A stretch of 41,578 nt of DNA from Solirubrobacteraceae bacterium. GTDB taxonomy: Bacteria > Actinomycetota > Thermoleophilia > Solirubrobacterales > Solirubrobacteraceae. Under the pieces are notes generated by a model. The model did not search any database and was not told the origin of the DNA. It saw only the letters and a program-made list of their open reading frames with translations. The translations under genes were made by a program, and so were the position numbers. Positions 1-10,201 of the stretch are shown piece by piece; within the stretch, counting starts at the first letter, position 1, and each line of letters begins with the position of its first letter. The DNA is taken from NCBI GenBank assembly GCA_039922645.1, contig JBDTEE010000151.1, positions 1 to 41,578 on the forward strand. Reading direction: 5' to 3'.

Positions 1-242
1 AGGAAGTAGGTGTCGTCGAGCGGCTTTCGCTATCCGTCGATCCAGCCATGGCAGATCGCCGAGTCGAGTACCTCGGGGTAGACCACCGTGGTGACCGGGG
101 CTGCCTTCTTGGCGATCCTCAGCCACACCCCGGGGGAATCGGAATGGTGCTCCGCCAGCCACCGCTCCCAGGCCCGCTGGTCGGCGAACTCGAGGATCGC
201 GAGCTCGGGGGACTGGTTGGGGCCCGACCTCCGTGTTGCCAT
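1..242 (-). pseudogene. YdeI/OmpD-associated family protein, 5' part, with in-frame TAG; runs off window start
   Basis: Translation ...FADQRAWERWLAEHH..GVWLRIAKK..AICHGWIDG*RKPLDDTYFL; family-like sequence continues in frame past TAG at 30-32, where Gln is expected. Confidence 0.75.
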
Positions 243-297
243 CCGGTCATGTTGCCAGCCGCTATAGTCGGCCGCCGCCCTGGTTGGGCGATTCCCC

Positions 298-663
298 ATG
301 CCCGCCGTCCCCCATCTCTACGACCTGATGCTTGTGATCTCGACGACCGTCGAGGACGAACGTCGCGCCAAGATCCTCGTCGACGTGGAGGCCCAGATCT
401 CCTCCGGCGGTGGGCTCATCGAGCGCAACGACGACTGGCATACGCGCACGCTGGCCTACGAGATCCGCCATCAGCGCGAGGGTGAGTACCACCTGATCCA
501 GTTCAGCACCGGATCGACCGAGCTGCTGGACTCGCTCTCTCACACCCTCCGCATCGATGACGCCGTGCTTCGCTTCCGGGTCATCAAGAGCCTGCCCGGG
601 ACGCCTCCGCCCCCGGACGCTGTGCCCCCCGTGACCGCTGCCGCGGTCACCCCTGAGTCCTAA
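298..663 (+). CDS. rpsF: 30S ribosomal protein S6
   Basis: YDLMLVI..DDWHTRTLAYEI..EGEYHL..LRIDDAVLRFRVIK; upstream of ssb-rpsR-rplI. Confidence 0.93.
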   Translation: MPAVPHLYDLMLVISTTVEDERRAKILVDVEAQISSGGGLIERNDDWHTRTLAYEIRHQREGEYHLIQFSTGSTELLDSLSHTLRIDDAVLRFRVIKSLPGTPPPPDAVPPVTAAAVTPES

Positions 664-895
664 GCCTGCTTTCGGCGCGCCGGTTTCGGTGCGTCTCACC
701 GGCGCCCCGACCCGCCAGCTGCCCGGCCAACGCGGCATCTCTTTCTACATACGGCCAATGACGATGGGTGCTGCGGCGGCCAGCCTCGAACGCGTGTACG
801 GAAACCTCGCCCCCACCGGAGGCCTGTCGCCCTTTCGGAGTCATCACCAGTCCGTGTCCGCTCGCGGCTTCAGGCGAAGCTGAAATGGGAGACGC

Positions 896-1429
896 ATGGA
901 CCCCGGACTCGAGGATGGCGGCTCGGTCCGCTGCCCCAACGTGGCCATGCTGCTGGACGGCGGCGGCGCCGCTGCACCCCTCTACACCCGTCTGCGCGAG
1001 GACGAGGAGCTCGGGACGGTCCCGATTGTGGTCAGTGTGGAGCCCGACCGCCTGGCCCTCAGCGAGGAGATGCTCGAGGTGCACGAGCTGATCGTCTCGC
1101 CGTTCACGGCCGCGGAGTTGAGTACCCGGATCGCCCGCGCTCGCCTGGTGGTTCACGGCGTCGGAGAGCACGAGGCGATCCGCGAGGACGGGCTGGAGCT
1201 CCACCTGGCCGCCCATCAGGCCAAGCGCGACGGCGAATCTCTCGAACTGACCTTTATGGAGTACGAGCTACTCAAGTTCCTCATCACCCATCCGGCCCGC
1301 GCGTTCTCCCGCGAGGCGCTGCTGACCAGCGTCTGGGGTTACGACTTCTTTGGGGGCGCACGCCCACCAGCGCCGGCGGACCGTGCGGCGGGTTGGCTAC
1401 CGGTGGGAGGCCTAGTAGCCGAGCGCTGA
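896..1429 (+). pseudogene. Truncated OmpR-family (GlnR-like) winged-helix regulator
   Basis: LELTFMEYELLKFL..RAFSREALLTSVWGYDFFGGAR then loses the expected TVDVH.RRLR recognition helix; receiver N-terminus degenerate. Confidence 0.7.
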
Positions 1430-1644
1430 AGGGCCGGTCCGGGTCCGTGGTGGGTCCCGGGCCGGCCGGGGCGAGACGGGCGGGATGCCGCGCTCTGGGT
1501 GTGACCAAAGTGCGACGTTCGTGCCCAGGCGTGCCGGAAGCGCAACGTTTCTGACCATTTTCCGGGGACCACGCGGGCAGTCGTCTGGACCAGCCATAGA
1601 CTCGGATGCGAGTTTTCAACGTTCCTGGAAAGGAGCCACCAGCA

Positions 1645-2115
1645 ATGGCAGGCAGCAACATCAACCGCGTGACCATCACCGGAAACCTGACTCGGGATCC
1701 GGAGCTGAGCACGCTGCCCACGAGCGGCACGACGGTGTGCTCGCTGCGCGTGGCCTGCAACGGCCGCCGCAAGAACAGCGAGTCCGGCCAGTGGGAAGAC
1801 CAGCCCAACTACTTCGACGTCACCGTCTGGGGCGCCCAGGGCGAGAACTGCTCGCGGTATCTGAGCAAGGGGCGCCCGGTGGCCATCGACGGCCGGCTGC
1901 GCTGGCGCGAGTGGACCACCCAGGAGGGCCAGAAGCGCCAGGCGGTGGATATCATCGCTGAAACCGTACAGTTCCTCGGCGGGCGTGATGACGCTGGGAA
2001 CGGGAACGGGTTCTCGAGCGGTCCACGGGCCACCGAGAGCGACGTCCCGATCGACACCGGCGATTTCGATCGCACCCCGGTGAACGCGGGAGCCGACGAG
2101 GACATCCCGTTCTAG
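1645..2115 (+). CDS. ssb: Single-stranded DNA-binding protein
   Basis: NINRVTITGNLTRDPEL, GRLRWREW, acidic C-terminal DEDIPF; SD AAGGAG upstream of ATG 1645. Confidence 0.97.
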   Translation: MAGSNINRVTITGNLTRDPELSTLPTSGTTVCSLRVACNGRRKNSESGQWEDQPNYFDVTVWGAQGENCSRYLSKGRPVAIDGRLRWREWTTQEGQKRQAVDIIAETVQFLGGRDDAGNGNGFSSGPRATESDVPIDTGDFDRTPVNAGADEDIPF

Positions 2116-2159
2116 AGGCACGGATCGCTTTATTGGGTAACTCGCTAGGCTGAGAGACG

Positions 2160-2483
2160 ATGGCTAAGCAACGTAGACGACCGGTCCGCCGGCGCGATAG
2201 GAAGGGCGGGCCGACTTCGACCCGCCGTAAGTCGTGCCCGTATTGCCGCGACAAGGTCGAGCAGGTCGACTACAAGGACATCGGCACGCTGCGCCGGTTC
2301 ATCTCCGAGCGTGGCAAGATCCGGTCCCGCCGCATCACGGGCGCCTGCCGTCGTCACCAGAGTCAGGTCGCCCGCGCAGTCAAGCGGGCCCGCGAGCTCG
2401 CTCTGCTCCCGTACGTCGCTGAATCCAGTGGCGGCGATCACCGGGAGCGGGGCCGCGACCGAGACCGCGACCGCGACCGCTAG
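2160..2483 (+). CDS. rpsR: 30S ribosomal protein S18, Zn-binding (C+) form with RD-rich tail
   Basis: [47 protein letters not shown]. Confidence 0.97.
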   Translation: MAKQRRRPVRRRDRKGGPTSTRRKSCPYCRDKVEQVDYKDIGTLRRFISERGKIRSRRITGACRRHQSQVARAVKRARELALLPYVAESSGGDHRERGRDRDRDRDR

Positions 2484-2492
2484 GAGGCCAGG

Positions 2493-2942
2493 ATGGCCCA
2501 GGCGATTCTGCTCCAGGACGTGGAGAAGCTCGGTGAGCGCGGGATGGTCGTCGACGTCTCCAACGGCTACCTGCGCAACTACCTTCTGCCTCGCAAGCTG
2601 GCCGAGCCCGCCACCTCATCCTCCATTCGCGTGGCTGAGAAGCGCCGGCAGGAGGCCGAGCGGGCGGTCCAGGAGGCCGAGGAGCGAGCGCGAGAGAGCG
2701 CCTCGGTGCTCGGGCGGACCGTGCTCACGATTCCCCAGCAGGCGGGCGATGACGGCCGTCTGTTCGGTTCGGTGACCACCCAGGACATCGCTGATGCCAT
2801 CCGCGACGCCCGGGGGATCCGCATCGATCGCCGCAAGATCCACCTCGAGGACCCGATTCGCAACGTCGGGACCTACATGGTGGTGGTCGAGATCGCCGAC
2901 GACGTAACCACGGCGGTCAAGACCATGGTCGTCGCCTCCTAG
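2493..2942 (+). CDS. rplI: 50S ribosomal protein L9
   Basis: ILLQDVEKLG..VSNGYLRNYLLPRKLA..GRLFGSVT; SD AGGAGG overlapping the rpsR stop. Confidence 0.97.
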   Translation: MAQAILLQDVEKLGERGMVVDVSNGYLRNYLLPRKLAEPATSSSIRVAEKRRQEAERAVQEAEERARESASVLGRTVLTIPQQAGDDGRLFGSVTTQDIADAIRDARGIRIDRRKIHLEDPIRNVGTYMVVVEIADDVTTAVKTMVVAS

Positions 2943-3056
2943 CTTCCGCACTCCGGCCGCCGTTACACGACCGTGTGACGGGTTGAAAACAAACGGTCGC
3001 AGAGTGCGGGATGACTTCGGCGAAGCCGCCTGTCGCGAACCTATATTCGGTGAGCC

Positions 3057-4418
3057 ATGAGCGCGGTTCAGAACATCGCCGTCCCCCCGCACAACCTCGA
3101 GGCCGAGAAGTCTGTGCTCGGCGCGGTGCTCCTGGACGAGCGGCATCTGCAGTCGCTGCTGGTCGAGGAGCAGCTTCGACCCGAGCACTTCTACCGAGAG
3201 CAGTACGGCGCGGTGTTCGCGGCCATGCTGTCCCTCTACCAGCACGATCGCAAGATCGACCACCTGACCGTCGCCGAGACGCTGCGCCAGAACGGCAAGC
3301 TCGAGGAGGTCGGCGGTCCCGAGACGATCGACGAGCTCTCGGGTTGGGTACCGGCCGCCGGGCATTCGCGCGAGTACGGGCGGATCGTCCGCGACAACGC
3401 CCAGATGCGGGCCCTGCTCACGACCTCGTACGAGATTCAGGCCAGCGTGCTCGCTCGCGAGGCGCCGGCACGAGAGCTGGTCGAGAAGGCCGAGCGCTCC
3501 GTGCTCGAGGTGGCCCAGGATGATCGCCAGAAGAAGATCCGTTCGATCGCGGACATCCTGGATGAGGAGACGGAGAAGCTTCACCGCCTTTCGGTCTCCA
3601 AGACCGCGCTGACCGGCACCCCGTCGGGATTCAAGGATCTGGACGAGAAGACGGGCGGCTTCCAGCCCGGCAACCTGATCGTGCTGGCCGCCCGGCCGTC
3701 AATGGGCAAATCCGCGCTGGTGGCCAACATCGCCGAGAACGCTGCACTGGCCGAACAGCCGGTGGTCCTGTTCTCGCTCGAGATGTCCGAGTCGGAGTTG
3801 GCCCAGCGCTTCGTCGCCTCGCAGGCCCGAATCCACGGCGAGGACCTGCGCCGGGGCAAGGTGGCCGAGTCGCGCTGGCCGAAGATCCTCGAGGCCTGCC
3901 AGCGCCTCGCTGCGGCACCCCTGTATGTCGATGACTCAAGCGACACCGGCGTGCTCGAGGTGCGGGCCAAGGCGCGGCGACTGCATGGGAAGATCCCCGG
4001 CGGCCTGGGGCTGATCATCATCGACTACCTGCAGCTGATGCGTCATGAGGGCCGGGTCGAGAGCCGGGTCGAGCAGGTGGGCCAGATCAGCCGTGGTCTG
4101 AAGGGCCTGGCCCGTGAACTCAACGTCCCGGTTATCGCGCTCTCCCAGCTCAGCCGCGCCGTCGAGCAGCGCGGCGGGGATGAGAAGAGGCCGATCCTCT
4201 CCGACCTGCGCGAATCCGGGCAGATCGAGCAGGACGCGGACCTGGTCATGTTCATCTACCGCGACGAGTACTACAAGAAGGCCGAGTCCGAGCGCCCGGG
4301 CGAGGCCGACATCATCATCGCCAAGCACCGCAACGGGCCGGTGGGTGAGGTCGTCCTGACCTTCCAGAAGGAGTACCCGAAGTTCATGAACTACGCCGGT
4401 GAGCGGTTCTCTCAGTGA
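3057..4418 (+). CDS. dnaB: Replicative DNA helicase
   Basis: PPHNLEAEKSVLG, AARPSMGKS, FSLEMS, IIIDYLQLM, LSQLSR, SDLRESGQIEQDAD, IIAKHRNGP; no intein. Confidence 0.98.
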   Translation: MSAVQNIAVPPHNLEAEKSVLGAVLLDERHLQSLLVEEQLRPEHFYREQYGAVFAAMLSLYQHDRKIDHLTVAETLRQNGKLEEVGGPETIDELSGWVPAAGHSREYGRIVRDNAQMRALLTTSYEIQASVLAREAPARELVEKAERSVLEVAQDDRQKKIRSIADILDEETEKLHRLSVSKTALTGTPSGFKDLDEKTGGFQPGNLIVLAARPSMGKSALVANIAENAALAEQPVVLFSLEMSESELAQRFVASQARIHGEDLRRGKVAESRWPKILEACQRLAAAPLYVDDSSDTGVLEVRAKARRLHGKIPGGLGLIIIDYLQLMRHEGRVESRVEQVGQISRGLKGLARELNVPVIALSQLSRAVEQRGGDEKRPILSDLRESGQIEQDADLVMFIYRDEYYKKAESERPGEADIIIAKHRNGPVGEVVLTFQKEYPKFMNYAGERFSQ

Positions 4419-5101
4419 TTGACGAGTGCCCCTTCGGCCTCTGCGACGGTACTGGCTTTCAGTACGACGAGGAGACCAACACTGCGTTTGACTGCCGATG
4501 CCGGCCCCAGCGGGTGTCGCAGGCCAAAGCCCGCAGCCTCTCCGCGGTTATCCCGCGCCGCTACCGCGACGTGGCCTTCGACCGCCCGCCGGCAAGCGAC
4601 ATGGAGCCGACCATTGTGGCTGCGGCGCGCCGGTACGCGAGCACGATCGAAGATCAGCTCGACGCCGGCCGCGGGCTGTGGTTCATGGGCCCGCCCGGCA
4701 CGGGCAAGACCACGCTGTCCATGCTGGTCTCCAAGGCGGCGATCAAGGCCGGGCGATCCGTGGCCATCTACTCGCTGCCCCGGCTGCTCAACGAGATCCG
4801 CGACACGCACCGCTCCGAGCGCTCACATGTCGCCCTGCTCGACCGGCTGACCGAGGTGGACCTGCTCCACGTCGATGATGTCGGCGCGGAGCGCACCACC
4901 GATTGGGTGCTCGAGGAGCTCTACTCGATCGTCAACGGCCGCTATGAGGACCAGCGCTCAATGGTCATCACCACCAACATCCTCGATCGCGAGGCGCTGT
5001 GCGCTCAACTCACAGCCCGCACGGTCTCCCGCCTGACCGAGATGTGTGACGAGCTGCCACTGCTCGGCCACGACCACCGGATGGACCTGCGCTCCGCCTG
5101 A
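4415..5101 (+). CDS. DnaC/DnaI/IstB-family AAA+ ATPase with N-terminal Cys4 motif (candidate helicase loader)
   Basis: CPFGLCDGTG..CRC, Walker A GPPGTGKT, Walker B LLHVDDVG, ITTN, RTVSRL; GTG overlaps dnaB TGA (GTGA 4415-4418). Confidence 0.88.
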   Translation: MIDECPFGLCDGTGFQYDEETNTAFDCRCRPQRVSQAKARSLSAVIPRRYRDVAFDRPPASDMEPTIVAAARRYASTIEDQLDAGRGLWFMGPPGTGKTTLSMLVSKAAIKAGRSVAIYSLPRLLNEIRDTHRSERSHVALLDRLTEVDLLHVDDVGAERTTDWVLEELYSIVNGRYEDQRSMVITTNILDREALCAQLTARTVSRLTEMCDELPLLGHDHRMDLRSA

Positions 5102-5238
5102 GGCGCGTAACCGGTGGACGCAGCCCCCGCGTAGGCTCACGCGGTCAAGCCTGGCCCGATGCGACGCTGCCTTAGGGGGTGTTCTTCGCGATTACGCGCT
5201 AGAGGCGTAAACGCGAAGAAGGCCCCACGGCGGAACGG

Positions 5239-5877
5239 TCAGCCGGCGGCCTGGACCGGACCCACGTGCAGGTTGCAGAAGCTCCCACTGTGGGGCACGT
5301 CAAGGGCGGCGCGCTGATTGGGCGGGAACACCTGCAGCGTCGTTCCCGTGAAAGCGTGCGGGCAGCCCGGGCTCGGGATGACATCGCTGCTGGTGACGAT
5401 GAAGTGCGCCGCGTGCCCCGGCGCCAGAGTGACCAGCCGGACCGTCGTGGGAGCCTGGATCCCGCCCCGCTGAGCCGGTTGCTGCACGAGGTGCCCGCTG
5501 GCATCGAGGATCGCGACGCCCGGATATCCGTAGAGCGTGCACGTGCTCCCGCCGGCGTTGGTCAGCGCGTAGGTCATGTAGGCCGTACCGGCCGCGCCCT
5601 GTCCGGAGACAAACGCAAGATGAAGGCTCGACGTCGGGCAGGCCGAGCCCCCGACCACCCCGGTCGAGGACGTCGTCGTCGTGGTGGAGCTGGTCCCCGT
5701 CGTTCCCGAGCCGCTGGACCCGGTTGACGTGGTCGAGCTGGTAGTGGATGAGCTGGCAGGCGTGCTGCTGTGGGCAGCTGTGCTGGAGGTCGAGCTCTGA
5801 CCGCCGCAGGCGGCCAGGCCAAAGGCCACGGCCAGGGTCGCCAGGGCAAATTTGAACTTGGGGAGCAGTGCGTTCAC
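5239..5877 (-). CDS. DUF4232-like lipoprotein with Ser/Thr-rich linker
   Basis: Lipobox LAAC, S/T-rich linker, C..LTNAGGSTCTLYGYPGV..VTLAPG..VFPP; start uncertain (GTG 5877 or 5886). Confidence 0.8.
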   Translation of the reverse strand: MNALLPKFKFALATLAVAFGLAACGGQSSTSSTAAHSSTPASSSTTSSTTSTGSSGSGTTGTSSTTTTTSSTGVVGGSACPTSSLHLAFVSGQGAAGTAYMTYALTNAGGSTCTLYGYPGVAILDASGHLVQQPAQRGGIQAPTTVRLVTLAPGHAAHFIVTSSDVIPSPGCPHAFTGTTLQVFPPNQRAALDVPHSGSFCNLHVGPVQAAG

Positions 5878-5958
5878 CCGGCGCACGTTAGCCAAGCCGG
5901 CCCCCGGAAGGCCCGGTCGTCCCCGAGTCGGCAACCGCGGAGGAGGCCCAGACGGCGC

Positions 5959-6825
5959 CTAGTCGGCTAGCGGGGACCAGAGGCCGAGGTAGCGGCCGAG
6001 CGTGGCAAATCCAAGCAGGCAGAGCAGCCCGTCGGCGATACCGCGGACCGCGCCATCGGGTCCGTCGGAGGCCAGCACACCGGCCACGGTCATCAGTACG
6101 AAGATGGCTCCGGCAACAACGAGGGCGAACCGCCACGGCCGGCCGTCGAGACTGCGTGGCAGCCACGCCCCGACGTCGTCAAACAGATCGCCGGCCGAAC
6201 CCTCGGCCAGGGACGGCAACCTTTGCGCTGCGAGCAATACCGGCGTCGAGGCCAGAAGCGCGACCGCTCCCACTCCCGCGCACACCCAGGCCAGGGTGAC
6301 CCACCAGCCAGGCAGGTACGGGCGAAGCTCCTCGGCAAGCAGCGCCAGGCCGATCATGCTGGCCAGACCGGCGAAGACGCCTACTGTGGCCCGGCGCAGA
6401 ATCATTCGCGTCTCGGCAGCGGCGATGACGCGCTGGGTACGGCGACGCAACGCGCGCAAAAGCGCCAGCAGGCCAGCGGCAAAGGCGATCTGTGGGGCGA
6501 TGACCGCAACCCAGTTGCCGACGCGGCCCGGCCAGGACACCGCGCCCGGAATGGACCCGAAGGCATGTCCGGGGGCGGTCACGAAGGCGACGCCGAACAA
6601 CACGCCGGCCAGGGCGAGGGCGGCGAAGCCGGCGAATCCGGCCCGCCGAGCCCGGGCAGTCCCGAGCTCATCGGCGAACTGACGGGCCACCAGCTGCGGC
6701 GCGCCGAGGTCCGCCTTCGGATCGCACTGAAGGTGATCCTCGATCTCGTCAGTGATCCGGCTGCGCTGCCGACCGGTGATCCCGACCGCGGTCAGCTCGC
6801 GGTGAAGGTCATCGCGGTAGCTCAT
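5959..6825 (-). CDS. Membrane protein with N-terminal HAAS/permease-prefix-like domain (PadR partner)
   Basis: RITDEIEDHL..LGAPQLVARQFADEL then multiple TM helices; ATGA overlap with the padR stop. Confidence 0.8.
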   Translation of the reverse strand: MSYRDDLHRELTAVGITGRQRSRITDEIEDHLQCDPKADLGAPQLVARQFADELGTARARRAGFAGFAALALAGVLFGVAFVTAPGHAFGSIPGAVSWPGRVGNWVAVIAPQIAFAAGLLALLRALRRRTQRVIAAAETRMILRRATVGVFAGLASMIGLALLAEELRPYLPGWWVTLAWVCAGVGAVALLASTPVLLAAQRLPSLAEGSAGDLFDDVGAWLPRSLDGRPWRFALVVAGAIFVLMTVAGVLASDGPDGAVRGIADGLLCLLGFATLGRYLGLWSPLAD

Positions 6826-7136
6826 GCCAGCACCGACTCCACCGCGCGGGAGAAGTCGCGCCATTCACTCCGGCGCACGCCCAGCTCACGCTGGCCCCGC
6901 CGCGTCAGCTCGTAGATCCGGCGGCGGCGGCCGCTGTCCTTGCTCCAGGAGCTGCGCAGCAGACCGCCCTCCTCTAGGCGGTGCAGGGCCGGATAGACCG
7001 TACCCTCGGGCAGGTCCAGAGAGCCGCCGCTGCGCTGCTTGAGCTCTTCGATGATCGCGTAGCCATGGCAAGGGCCAGCTCCGACAACGGCCAGGATCAG
7101 GGCGTCGAGATGGCCCTTGAGTGATTCGGCTCTCAT
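6822..7136 (-). CDS. PadR-family transcriptional regulator
   Basis: KGHLDALIL..HGYAII..LPEGTVYPALHRLE..RRRIYELT. Confidence 0.93.
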   Translation of the reverse strand: MRAESLKGHLDALILAVVGAGPCHGYAIIEELKQRSGGSLDLPEGTVYPALHRLEEGGLLRSSWSKDSGRRRRIYELTRRGQRELGVRRSEWRDFSRAVESVLA

Positions 7137-7173
7137 ACCTAGTGAGGCTATACCTAGTCTTGCTGGGTGTCAA
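7135..7173 (-). promoter_or_regulatory. padR promoter with overlapping direct-repeat operator
   Basis: Minus strand TTGACA (7168-7173)-17 nt-TAGCCT (7145-7150), 8 nt before ATG; ATACCTAGT direct repeat at 7135-7143 and 7150-7158. Confidence 0.7.
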
Positions 7174-7219
7174 GGCGCGGCTGGACGCTCGGGCGGCGGA
7201 GGCGTCTGTGCCCGCCTAA

Positions 7220-8554
<1,335 letters not shown>

Positions 8555-8627
8555 ATGCGCGGAGGGTCGGTCGCTGGCGGGCGCCTGCACGGACCACGCG
8601 GAGCGGTCATCGCGGAGGCTCTTGCTG

Positions 8628-9341
8628 TCATGCGAGGGGTCTGGTGGGGCCCGGGTCTCCGCGCCTAAATGAGATGACACTGGTCACGAGGACGAAGACC
8701 AGGAAGAGCACGAAGCCGATGATGTCGAGAACCAGCCCGAACGAGCCGATCACGCCGCCGAGGCCGAAGCCTTGAAGGAAGAACAGGGTCCCGACCGCGA
8801 TCAGAACCCACCCGAGCCAGCGCGGAAAGACGCCGCTCTTGAACACGAGCAAGCCTGCTGCGAGAGCAAAGAGACTGCCGAAGACGTCGCCGACGCTGTC
8901 CAATGCATACGTCACGAGGAACAGCGCGTAAGTCACGCCCTGATCGTGGTGATGGCCGAACGACGCAAGCTTCGCGCCGACCAGGCCGGTGATGCCGATA
9001 TCGCTGACGGCATGCAGGGCAATAAACAGCACTCCGCCGACCAACACCAAGGAGCTGAGGATCTGCGGCCGGCCGGGGTCCCCGCGCAGCAGGTTGTACA
9101 GACTCCAGAGGTAGATCACGAACATGACGGCGTAGACCACCGACAGGCATGCGATCACCACCAGCCGCGTGCGGTGCTCGTAGAGTGCGTTCGTCATCTT
9201 CGCGGCTGAGTTGTTCAAATTCGGTCCGACTCCGACCGCGACCACAGACTCCGCGACCAGCGCGATGATGTACACGATCCCCGCCACCCAGGCATACCGC
9301 TCCCACCCGCGAATCGGCCGCGTTGCTTCTACTGTGCTCAT
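8628..9341 (-). CDS. Integral membrane protein (DUF4386-like)
   Basis: About 6 hydrophobic helices, PRWLGW motif; family assignment tentative. Confidence 0.7.
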   Translation of the reverse strand: MSTVEATRPIRGWERYAWVAGIVYIIALVAESVVAVGVGPNLNNSAAKMTNALYEHRTRLVVIACLSVVYAVMFVIYLWSLYNLLRGDPGRPQILSSLVLVGGVLFIALHAVSDIGITGLVGAKLASFGHHHDQGVTYALFLVTYALDSVGDVFGSLFALAAGLLVFKSGVFPRWLGWVLIAVGTLFFLQGFGLGGVIGSFGLVLDIIGFVLFLVFVLVTSVISFRRGDPGPTRPLA

Positions 9342-9458
9342 GGGGGACCCCCATTCGTTCGTTCGGCCCTCGCGCGCAGCCTAACCGTTCGACCCTCGCC
9401 GGTCCGGGAAATCACCCGTCGGCGCGGTATCCCGGCTTGAGCGGGTGCCGGCGGCCGG

Positions 9459-10121
9459 TCAGGCCTTACCCCGGAGCTGTTCGAGGCCGTCGAGGATGAG
9501 ATCGAGCCCCCATGCGAACTCGAGTGCGGGGTCGTAGCCGGTTTCGGGGAGCCTCGTGACGACCTCGACGAGGTAGGGGTAGTCGTCGGGGGTGCCGACC
9601 GTCTCGGCCCTTCTCTGCGCGGCTTCTCCGGCGCTTTGGGGTGTCTCGAATCCGAGGTCCCGTTCCTGCAGGGCGAAGCCGTAGATGTAGGCGTCCTGGA
9701 CTGAGTAGGCGTGGATTGCCATCTCGAAGGAGAAGCCTGCCTCTCGCAGGCAGCCCATCGTGGCGTTGTGGTGTCGCAGGTTCGCCGGCCCGGGGTGCCG
9801 GGACTCCATCCGTCCAATTGCCCAACTGTGGCGCTTCAGCGCCTCTCGCGCCGAGATCGCCCGGCCGCGCAGTGCGGAGCGCCAGTCCTCACCGGCGGAA
9901 GGAGAGTCCATCTCGGCAAAGACGATGTCGACCATGCCGTCGAGCAGCTCCTCCTTGTTGGCGACGTGCTTGTAGAGCGCCATCGGCACGACACCGAGCT
10001 CCTGCGCGAGCCCGCGCATGCTGAACCCGTCGAGCCCGGTCTCGTCGGCGAGCTCAACGGCAGCCTGCAGCACGCGAGCTCTGCTCAGCCGTGTCCGGGG
10101 GGTTTTTGTCCGTTGCGTCAT
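9459..10121 (-). CDS. TetR/AcrR-family regulator with TetR_C domain
   Basis: LSRARVLQAAVELADETGLDGFSMRGLAQELGVVPMALYKHVANKEEL; EFAWGLDLILDG. Confidence 0.93.
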   Translation of the reverse strand: MTQRTKTPRTRLSRARVLQAAVELADETGLDGFSMRGLAQELGVVPMALYKHVANKEELLDGMVDIVFAEMDSPSAGEDWRSALRGRAISAREALKRHSWAIGRMESRHPGPANLRHHNATMGCLREAGFSFEMAIHAYSVQDAYIYGFALQERDLGFETPQSAGEAAQRRAETVGTPDDYPYLVEVVTRLPETGYDPALEFAWGLDLILDGLEQLRGKA

Positions 10122-10126
10122 TGCGC

Positions 10127-10180
10127 TTGACAAGTGTACGACGTACACCTATGCTCCACCACCAGACTGTACGCCGTACA
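10127..10180 (+). promoter_or_regulatory. Sigma70 promoter with two TetR-type palindromic operators
   Basis: TTGACA (10127-32)-17 nt-TATGCT (10150-55); GTGTACG-A-CGTACAC (10134-48) and TGTACG-C-CGTACA (10168-80). Confidence 0.85.
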
Positions 10181-10201
10181 CCAAACCGAAGAGGGATCGT
10201 C

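Noticed and set aside
30-32. Pyrrolysine or amber recoding
   Set aside because: TAG terminates several intact genes in the window and no pyl genes are seen
263-297. S6:S18-binding rpsF leader RNA (hairpin CGCCC-TGGTT-GGGCG after TATAGT)
   Set aside because: Only a 5-bp GC hairpin in a very short leader with no SD; cannot be told from chance without a covariance search
4415-5101. IS21 element (istB)
   Set aside because: No istA transposase or terminal repeats; the gene has a Cys4 N-terminus and is coupled to dnaB
5660-5800. Low-complexity GTC/GCT repeats
   Set aside because: Explained by the Ser/Thr linker of the DUF4232-like lipoprotein
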